From Zygophlyctis sp. KS116 (lineage: Eukaryota > Fungi > Chytridiomycota), in contig BAAFSQ010000229.1 of assembly GCA_054661495.1 (NCBI GenBank), positions 1 to 15,891 on the forward strand: 15,891 nt of DNA, read 5' to 3'. A program made the position numbers and the translations under genes. Below are positions 1-8,256 of the stretch, piece after piece. Under the pieces are notes generated by a model. It did no database searches. It had not been told where the DNA came from and worked only from the letters and a program-made list of their open reading frames with translations. Numbering within the stretch: position 1 is the stretch's first letter; the number at the start of each line of letters is the position of its first letter.

Positions 1-51
1 TGTAATATTGTTTAAGAACCAGAAAGAAATACGTGATACTAATTTAGCCAT
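1..51 (-). CDS. Possible 5' start of a gene running off the left edge (MAKLVS...)
   Basis: ATG at 51..49, preceded by GGCGCGATA. The frame stays open to position 1. A donor-like GTATTT begins at 32 and is followed by AT-rich intron-like sequence. Too short to identify. Confidence 0.3.
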   Translation of the reverse strand, partial: MAKLVSRISFWFLNNIT

Positions 52-140
52 TATCGCGCCTTAAAGTTGTTTTTTTTAACCAGAAAGAAATACGTGATAC
101 TAATTTAGCCATTATCGCGCCTTAAAGTTGTTTTTTTTTT
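17..140. repeat. 61-bp tandem duplication, 2 copies
   Basis: 17..77 and 78..138 are identical (AACCAGAAAGAAATACGTGATACTAATTTAGCCATTATCGCGCCTTAAAGTTG + T-run). The T-run is 8 nt in copy 1 and 10 nt in copy 2. Confidence 0.97.
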
Positions 141-217
141 AATGCAGTTATTTAAAAATAAACCCGGCAAGTATTTTAACGTATGACGTCGGTTTTAAAA
201 AGCTCCGTTTTGTACTT

Positions 218-1655
218 TTAACCGTGCAATGCATACAAATCATTCCAAATATCATGCATCATCTGGCCAACACTTTTATAATGAGGAGATAATTCTCCAA
301 CATCTCTTTCCGCAAGTTCAGGTTTTAGACAAAACGGATGGGTCGGAGCTTCCCATTCCCTAACATTTAGTTATTACTGATTCTTACCATTCTAAAGGTT
401 TAAAAGTCCGATCAATTGCAAAATGTGTTAAATTGTAAGTTTGACTCCTTCCAATTTCCGTATGCTTATTCATTTCAAGCCCTCCATTTAACCATAATGG
501 TTCCCAATTTTCATCTACATGAAATAATCCACCACAAACTGAATCTGTTGTATTTGGATTAAGATATCCAACTGCACCTCCAGCACCAGGACCCCAACTA
601 TAAGAAACTTTAAGCGCTTCACTTGACATCCAGTAGGATTCCTTATCTCCATATATATCTTTGTACATGATTGTTTTTATAGGATCCATATTAAGAAGAG
701 ATGCAAGTAATAGTACAAACATACCTCCCATTTTCTTATCCATGACTATAACACCTGATTCTTCTTCATGCAATGATATATCACGCCAAATTCTACTATT
801 CTTTGCAGAATGCGATGGAAAAGGAACCAATGATTTGAAAAAATCCAATGTAGGTTTACTTGAAGACCTTATTGTCCTGTCTCTGAAATATAATGTCCCT
901 GTTTTTACATATGACTTAAATTTAAACATATTTTCTGGATTTTGAAAAAATAAAACATCTGCATCTATAAATATAAATTCTTGAAATATTGACATGAGCA
1001 TTGCAAATGGCTTTATAGCCCATCCTTGTAATGAATTTGCTTTTAAAGGAGATAATAACTTTGATGCATCAGTTAAAATAACTCCCTCTTTTTTAAGTAG
1101 TACTTGATTTTGTAAAGATAGATCATCTATTCCATTGAAAAAAACTTGAATCGGAAGAGTACAATTTAACTTTTTCAATACTCTTAGTGAATGTACTACA
1201 TATCTACTAACTTATTTTCTCAAATCTTACTTTGCATACCAATCGCCAGTCGTAATCACAATCCCCTTTCCAGAATAACTAGAGTACAAGTCCCAAACAG
1301 ATCTAAAATATATTTTGTTGAAGGGATAAAACTCTTCTTGAAATGCAATACTTTTGCGTAATAATTCATCATCATCATTACTTAATAATTGTGAAGCATT
1401 ATACAAATAATAAGCCTCCCATATATTTTTGTGAATTGCGATCCTCTTCACCAACGATGACGGATCATCATCCTTGTATTGTAAATTTAGAGATTCTTGT
1501 ACAAGATCCAATAATTTCAACCGATCCTCTGCAACCGCTTGTCCGATTGACTCGACAATTTCATTCTGTTCTGATCGAGGTCCATAGATGTAAATCAGTA
1601 TTGATATAGAAGAAATCAAGGCTAGAACAATATATCTTGTAATCGTCTTTGACAT
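218..1655 (-). CDS. GT71 (Mnn1/Mnt-type, Mannosyl_trans3) alpha-mannosyltransferase, about 460 aa
   Basis: N-terminal type II membrane anchor. Motifs GKGIVIT, GWAIKPFAML, FIDAD (DxD), TGTLYFRDR, ESGVIVMDK and YGDKESYW. Exons 1655-1231, 1203-388, 359-218. Introns 1204..1230 (27 nt; a 24-nt alternative acceptor is also in frame) and 360..387 (28 nt) join the frames. Confidence 0.88.
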
Positions 1656-1866
1656 GAACTAACCCTTCTCTACACTTTCCCATAGAATCAGCAGAGTGGC
1701 TAATTATGCGCGTTGGTATTTAGTACGGGAATCAATACTTACATGAGTCGACAGTTGCGATGCAATGGTTTTAGAGATTTACTATTCCATAATGTACTTA
1801 CTAATCTACTTTACTGATCTACTATAAACACAATGTGACCTTGGCCTTGACTCGCGCGTCGTAAAA
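1656..1866. promoter_or_regulatory. Divergent promoter region (GT71 / NDUFB8)
   Basis: 211 bp between divergent ATGs. CGCG cores at 1709..1712 and 1853..1858, and a 13-bp imperfect tandem repeat at 1798..1823. Confidence 0.55.
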
Positions 1867-2615
1867 ATGTTGAAATTCAAGAGATTTAGTTCAATTAAAC
1901 CGACGGCAGGAGATTCGACCGGTTGGTTCAAGACAAATCCTAAAGGAGACAGTGGATTAAGAGCACCTCCAGATCCCTATGAACCTGCGGCTGCTGAATT
2001 ATGGTCTGGCATAACTGGAGTCAATCCACCGCCAAGTTTAGAGGAAACTAAAAATGATTATTTACAGCATCCATTATATACTCCACCAGCAAAACCTTAT
2101 ACAGGAATAGGTCCTCTAAAGTTTCCTCTTAAATTTCCAGAATTTGATCAGAAAATATTGTCGGCTCAAGCTTCTGGACTTCCTTCTCCAGGCGCATGGA
2201 GTTATGTTCCGTTTGATGATCCAAAATCAGCTCCAATTGGAGATTATCCTGCTGTAGTGCCACAATTCACTCAATTAAAAAATCCATCAACATACTGGGA
2301 TCAACAAGGGCGTAGAAATTATGGGGATGTCTTGTATGATCATGATAACTTTACAGACTATATATCAATTGGGCCTGAAATTCATTGGAAGACTCCTTTA
2401 ATAGGGCTACTAAGAGCGTTTGGCTTAATCGGGCTTGGAAGTGGTCTGGTTGTGTTATGGAATCCAAAATCACATTTATGGTTTGCTGAAAAAGAATATC
2501 CTTATGATGGTTTACGATTAGAACTTGGAGGTGATCCAAATAATGATCAGGATAATTGGATGTCTACGGTAGTTTAGAATTCATAATAGTATAGACAGCA
2601 AGCATTGAAGAATAG
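1867..2615 (+). CDS. NDUFB8: NADH:ubiquinone oxidoreductase subunit NDUFB8 (ASHI), mitochondrial
   Basis: Motifs GDYP...YWDQQGRRNYGD, a single TM segment and KEYPYDGLRLELGG are typical of NDUFB8. The N-terminus looks like a basic presequence. The 3' end is uncertain: the unspliced stop is at 2577, while a probable 26-nt intron 2569..2594 moves the stop to 2615. Confidence 0.85.
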
Positions 2616-2651
2616 GAAAATATAGTAAAAACATTTTCTTTTTAGGTATTA

Positions 2652-3638
2652 TTAAAGTTCATCATGACCGCTTTCGGTAGTTTCCTTTGAGGATTTAGAG
2701 TCGCTTAAATGAGGACATTTCTTTAGAGCGTCTTTGTAACTTCCTGGAGTACCCTTTGCAGCATGTGGACATGCGCCTGCAATTGGACAATTCTTGAGTT
2801 TCTTTGGATCATCACGAATGTTTTGATAATAAGGACATTTTTTGGCCAAGGGACAATTTTCAGTGGTCCATTCTTCCGTGCCTTCATTCTTCTTTAGCTT
2901 CTTTAGAGTTATTCAAAATAGAAAAGATACATCAAAGTATGGACATTTTTCCATGGGACAGCCAGCAGCACTGTCCGAGGCGACAATATCTGCTGCATTC
3001 TGATCTTTAGCATGTTTATCATAGTATGGACAGCCGCCAGTCTGAAGAGGACATCCCTTTTCTCCAGCATGTTCTCCCTTGTGAGCGCCAACATATGGAC
3101 ACTTTCCATCCAAAGGACAACCAGATTTAGAATCAGCACCTGCATCAGAGCCGGCCAGATGAGGACATTTCTTTAGAGCGTCTTTGTAACTTCCTGGAGT
3201 ACCCTTTGCAGCATGTGGACATGCGCCTGCAATTGGACAATTCTTGAGTTTCTTTGGATCATCACGAATGTTTTGATAATAAGGACATTTTTTGGCCAAG
3301 GGACAATTTTCAGTGGTCCATTCTTCCGTGCCTTCATTCTTCTTTAGCTTCTTTAGAGTTATTCAAAATAGAAAAGATACATCAAAGTATGGACATTTTT
3401 CCATGGGACAGCCAGCAGCACTGTCCGAGGCGACAATATCTGCTGCATTCTGATCTTTAGCATGTTTATCATAGTATGGACAGCCGCCAGTCTGAAGAGG
3501 ACATCCCTTTTCTCCAGCATGTTCTCCCTTGTGAGCGCCTACATAAGGACACTTTCCATCCAAAGGACAACCAGATTTTTCATTTGTATTTGTAGCATAC
3601 AAGACGGTAATGAATAGCAATAAAAGTAGGATTTTCAT
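2652..3638 (-). CDS. Secretory/ER-lumenal Cys-Pro repeat protein with C-terminal HDEL, 308 aa, function unknown
   Basis: ATG at 3638 gives the signal peptide MKILLLLLFITVLYA. Exons 3638-3381, 3350-2931, 2900-2652. Two identical 30-nt phase-0 introns (3351..3380 and 2901..2930; GTATCT...CTAAAG) each contain an in-frame TGA. The protein ends ...ESGHDEL-stop and contains 22 CP dipeptides. Confidence 0.88.
2709..3578. repeat. Intragenic direct repeat: 2 x 420 bp with a 450-bp period
   Basis: 2709..3128 and 3159..3578 are identical except at 3090/3540 and 3096/3546, both synonymous. A unique 30-bp in-frame linker lies at 3129..3158. Confidence 0.97.
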
Positions 3639-4022
3639 CTTTCGCGTTGGTGAGCTAGCCCTAAACTGAAGATTCGACATTCCTTTTAAGCAAATAGAAT
3701 CCAACTTCAAGGCAATCCATTAACGCTAAAATCAAAGAAATATGGACAAGATAATTGCTATTAAAATTACTAAAATCATAAATTTTATTATATACTTTTA
3801 AAGTAAACTGTTTCTTCCCGAGATTGGATAAATCCATCTCTCAGAAAAGATTCTTTATCTATCATGCATCCGTTTATTTTTGACAAGATTGTCAAGAACA
3901 AATTTAAAACATGAATTTAAAATTTTTAAAAAATTTCAAGACTGCAGTAGGACTAGTTGCAGGTCTGACCAACGCCAACCGACGCCGATGACGTTGCATT
4001 GTTTGCGCATTGTTTGAAATAT
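3639..4022. promoter_or_regulatory. Divergent promoter region (CP-repeat gene / calaxin)
   Basis: Longest intergenic region in the window. It contains TTTCGCG at 3640..3646, the palindrome TTGACAA-GA-TTGTCAA at 3880..3895 and two copies of GCATTGTTTG just before the calaxin ATG. Confidence 0.5.
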
Positions 4023-4731
4023 ATGACCGCCAGACTTCCAATAGAAGAATTACTGAAAATTACGAATTGTAATAATGATGATTTAAACCATTAGTCAATC
4101 GTCAAGAAATTGATTATTTATCAAGAGCATTTTCGGACTTGGCATCAAATGGTGATAAAATTGACAGATCTAGATTTAGAGATATGTTGGTAGATCAATT
4201 TGGAATCGATGATTCTTTAATCATGGACCGAGGTAAAATTATTATTTTTTATATTCTAGTTTTTAGAATTTGTGATTTGGATGGAGATAATTATATTAGT
4301 TTTGATGAATTTATGAAATGCATGTCGGTTCTACTCAGAGGTCGATATGAAGAAAAATTAAAATTCTGCTTTAGAGTTTATGATCTAAATGGCGATCGTT
4401 ATATTTCTAAAGAAGAAATGTATCAAATGTTGAAATTTTGTCTAGTTAGAGGTGCAGAAGAAGATGAAGATGGAATTAAAGACTTGGTTGATTTAGTTTT
4501 GAAGAAATTAGATGAAGATCGTGATGGTAGAGTTTCTGAATCAGATTGGGCAGGAGCAATTGCTAAAGAATCATTATTGATGGAAGCATTCGGACAATGT
4601 TTACCATATGCAAAAGTAATTTATTTAAATTTAATTTTTAGGAAATAGATGTATTCTTTAATATAGAATCAAATTCCCCTTCTCCTTCATCTAAAGTTTC
4701 CTCTACTGGAGGATTAATAAAGAGCATTTAA
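4023..4731 (+). CDS. CLXN: Calaxin (EFCAB1), NCS-like EF-hand Ca2+ sensor, about 209 aa
   Basis: The spliced protein reads MTARLPIEELLKITNFNRQEI..IDRSRFRDML..MDRVFR..YDLNGDRYISKEEM..EEDEDGIKDLVDL..LLMEAFGQCLP, which is characteristic of calaxin, with three EF-hand loops. Introns 4069..4094 (26 nt), 4233..4259 (27 nt, in frame) and 4616..4641 (26 nt). Confidence 0.88.
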
Positions 4732-4758
4732 GAGATTTCAGACTATAGATTTTTAGAA

Positions 4759-5377
4759 ATGTCCGTTCAACGGAAACCTTTAAAATCCACTGATGATACA
4801 TCGATAAACATGTAATTATTTTATTATTTATAAAAGTCCATATTCTTCTAGTTCAATGCATCAAGCAGACACTTGGAAGGCGTTAGCCACTACTATTCTT
4901 CAGAACCCATTATTTAAATTCTTTTATTTGGTTGCAGTCTTAATTTCACTATTGACTCTAATTATTTCATTCATTAACCGTTGCCCGCCCTTAATATTCT
5001 TTTTTTTGGAAGCATTAGTAAATGGACTCATGGTTATTGAAGTTGCAGCTAGATTTATTGCAAATAGAAGAAGATTTTGGGAGTCTTTTTGGAATAGAAT
5101 AGATGCCGTACTTGTAGTATTTTGCTTATTTACATTGGTACTTATTATTTTCGGACATCATCAATGTCATATTGGAGAATCAGATCCAACAAAAGAAGTT
5201 GAAATTTTGGAACAGATTATTCTAATACTGCGAAATGGAATGTCGCTATCAAGATCAGTCAGTTTAATTCAACGGTATTAAACATTTTATAATTTATAAT
5301 TTAGGAATACAATCTCTCTAAGACCAATTCAAGATGTAGATATTGATTCTGTTCCATTAACAGACTTGATTTCGTAG
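4759..5377 (+). CDS. Small 4-TM stand-alone voltage-sensor-like (Ion_trans S1-S4) protein, about 187 aa
   Basis: S2-S3 signature LEALVNGLMVIEVAARF...FWESFWNRIDAVLV and an S4-like segment LILRNGMSLSRSVSLIQR. No pore domain. Introns 4812..4836 (25 nt; a 40-nt alternative to 4851 is also in frame) and 5275..5304 (30 nt). Confidence 0.75.
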
Positions 5378-5400
5378 GAGCAGATTTAGGAGAGTAAAAA

Positions 5401-6799
5401 ATGCAAGAGTCATCAGTGCTATACTCAAATAGTGATATTATGGCTATAATTCTTTCGGGGCCGGGAGGGAAGTAAGTAATATATTGATTTTACTTGAGAG
5501 ATTGTATCCATTAACTGAAAATCTTCCAAAGGCATTACTTCCGGTGGGGAATAAGCCGATCCTTGCTTATTCTTTAGAATGGCTCGAAAAGGCTAGAATC
5601 AAGGATATCATTATTCTAACTTATCCTAAATGGAGAGAAAGGATCGCTAGTTATTTGAGCAAAGTTTATGAATTTTCTGGGGAAAACAATGTTAAAGTTT
5701 TGGATGTTCCTGATAATTGTGGATCTGCAGATGCGTTAAGATCAATCAAGGGAAAGATAAAGGTAACATAATATTATATTTATGCATAGTCTGATTTTTT
5801 GGTAATGAGTTGTGATTTGATCACGCAAGTATTACCGCATGTTATATTGGATCCTTATCGTACGCTAAATTCAACAATGACAGTCATGCTTTATGATTCT
5901 ACAAAATTTGAAGATGTTAGTGAAAAATCAGCTAATAAGGATGATGATTTTGTAGAATATATTGGAATAGATGATGCTACTTCACGTTTATTATTTTCAG
6001 CATCACAGGCAGATTTGGATGATGAATTGGATTTAAGGTTGTCATTGTTTCAGAAATTTCCAAGACTGCATTTATACTCAAAATTAAGAGACTCACATTT
6101 ATATATTTTCAAAAATTGGGTGATTGATGTTGTTGCAAAGTCAAAGAGTATAAACTCAATTAGATTAGATCTTGTACCATTACTGCTAGAATGTCAGTAT
6201 AGATCCAAGCTGGTTTGTAAAGAAGGGATTGATAAATGTAATTTTTTATTAGAATTACGAAATAGTGCTTTTGGCTCATAGTGATCCTTTTGTAGAAGCG
6301 TATGCATATTCTTCTCATGGTCAGAAAAAGGATGAGGTTGTTTGTACTGCAGTTATTTGTCGGGATTCATTATCAGTTCGATTAAATAAGAGGTTTACAT
6401 ATTCTGAAATGAATAAATATGTGATCAAAGATGCAACCTCTAGAGTAGCTACTAATGCTGATATAAGTCCAAAAACTCAGGTAGGAAAAGACTCAATGGT
6501 TGGAGATGGATCAATTATTGGAGAAAGATGTTCTGTTAAAAAGTCTGTAGTTGGTAGTCATTGTACGATTGGCCAAAATGTCAAGATTAATGGAAGTATT
6601 ATTATGGACTATGTTACTATTGAAGATGGTGTTTCATTAGTTGGTTGTATTGTATGCAACGGTGCCATTATTCAAAGCTCTGCTAATTTAAAAGATTGTG
6701 ATGTATCTTCTAAATTTGTAGTTCCAAAGGAAGGTAAGTCTAAATTAGTTTTAACTCAAAAAAGTAACTGCTAAAAACGAGTCATTTATCGAGTTTTAG
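5401..6799 (+). CDS. GCD1: Translation initiation factor eIF2B gamma subunit, about 427 aa
   Basis: NTP-transferase-like N-terminus AIILSGPGGKLYPLTENLPKALLPVGNKP, plus GSADALR, DFLVMSCDLIT, LRDSHLYIF and a C-terminal left-handed beta-helix. No W2 domain, so gamma rather than epsilon. Introns 5472..5500 (29 nt), 5763..5789 (27 nt), 6238..6265 (28 nt) and 6734..6764 (31 nt). Confidence 0.9.
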
Positions 6800-6811
6800 T
6801 TTAAGAAATCT

Positions 6812-8081
6812 TCAAATTATTTTTCCATTTTCATCAATTAGTGACACTTTTGGATCATATCCAGTTGCTAAAACTTGAGGACCACCACCAATTCTGGTAC
6901 TAATAATTTTCTTTAGAGATCCAGAGGGAGAAACCAAGATTTTTGTAGAAATATTTGCAATCATCTTTTCTAATCCATCCACAACTGATTGATAAAATTC
7001 AATCCCAGACCCAAAATATTCTTGTAAAGCAGATTCAGTAGGAGGAGGAAAAAAGTGATTTAAACACTGTAAAAACATTGCTACATTTTCTCTCGGTAAA
7101 AATATAACTGCATTTGGACCAGCATCAAACGTATAACTTGCACCTTGTCCCCCATATTGTTCTCTATGCACCTGATTATACACTGTAACAAAGGAAATAA
7201 TTGCTTTTGAAATATCATTTAGATAAAACACTGGAGGATATGTATCTAAACAAACCGAATGAAATTGATTAGAGTCTTTCATGGTCCTATAATTTTTAAT
7301 AAATTATAAATTACAATTCAGCAAAAGTCTTGTAATCCTTTTCCTTGATAGCCTTTTCCATAATTTTCATTCTTTGAGGAACCAAATTCAATCTTTGCTT
7401 AAACAATTCAGAACTTTCAACTGTTTGTTGCATTCCAAGACTAGATCCAACATCTTTTTTATCATCTGAAACTACTAAAACCAAAGCTTCCATATCTGAC
7501 CAATGTGTTTCTGGCGCAACCTGAACAGCCATTGAATCATTTCCATTTTCCAAAACCCCCATTTCCCAAGAAACAAAACCTCCAAATAGTGATCTCTAAA
7601 ATTATAAAACTAGTCTTACACAAGCACTCCCACTTCCCATTCTAGCAATCCTTGATAATTCCTGCATTCCCAAATCTAAACAGTAAAACTTTGCTAAAGC
7701 AAATGTAAGAGCAGCATAACCACTTGCAGACGATGCCAATCCAGCAGCCGTTGGAAAGTTATTCCTGGATGAAATTAATACTTTTCTAATTGAAATTTTC
7801 TCCAACTTTTCATCTTGTAATTCCATGACCAATCGTCTCTTTCTAATATTTTCCAAAACGGCCAAAACTCTTTTATTCAGATGCATCGGTTTCCCATTTA
7901 ACCAAATCTCATCCGAACCTTTGGAATTTCCAACCGTTGTAAATGACTGCAAGTCCTGTAAAGTCAAAGAAAGACTAGAATTGGTAGGCAGCATCAACGG
8001 CTCATCCCGTTTACCCCAATACTTTATAACAGCAATATTAACAGGTGCAGAGACGGTGACTTGAAAGTCTGAAATTGTCAT
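6812..8081 (-). CDS. MVD1: Diphosphomevalonate decarboxylase, about 405 aa
   Basis: Motifs [34 protein letters not shown]|RSLFGG (restored by the 24-nt intron 7596..7619), EL|TMKDSNQFH (restored by the 28-nt intron 7287..7314) and YTFDAGPNA. Confidence 0.97.
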
Positions 8082-8256
8082 GTAGAATCCTAACCTCTAA
8101 GTTTCTGGTACTTTATAGATTCCCAGAATGTACAAACTTGATGCTTATAATGAATGCATGCGCTATTGAAATATTGAGATATCATGATAAATGATGAGAC
8201 ATGCGATCCTCTTGAGAATTACGTCGCAAGTTACGTAACCCTTTTTAACTTGTAAA
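8082..8256. promoter_or_regulatory. Divergent promoter region (MVD1 / GT14 fusion)
   Basis: 175 bp between divergent ATGs, with a perfect palindrome GTTACGTAAC (bZIP-type core) at 8230..8239. Confidence 0.45.

Noticed and set aside
17-140. CRISPR array, telomeric repeat or Pol III/spliced-leader RNA genes
   Set aside because: Only two abutting copies with no spacers, no A/B boxes and no recognisable RNA family. The T-runs alone are insufficient.
2652-3638. Multiheme c-type cytochrome, thioredoxin/PDI or CCCH zinc-finger assignment for the Cys-rich protein
   Set aside because: There is no CxxCH, no CxxC and no CCCH spacing. Every Cys is in a CP dipeptide.
2652-3710. Three separate tandem small genes, or a start at the upstream TTG (3710)
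   Set aside because: Phase-0 introns join them into one ORF with a single signal peptide starting at ATG 3638 and a single HDEL.
3955-4020. RFX X-box upstream of calaxin
   Set aside because: Only GTTGC half-sites are present, with no convincing full palindromic X-box.
8098-8200. Possible snoRNA or hairpin RNA (imperfect inverted repeat near 8099..8140; C-box-like ATGATGA near 8191)
   Set aside because: No suitably placed D box (CTGA) and weak pairing. The region is better explained as a divergent promoter.
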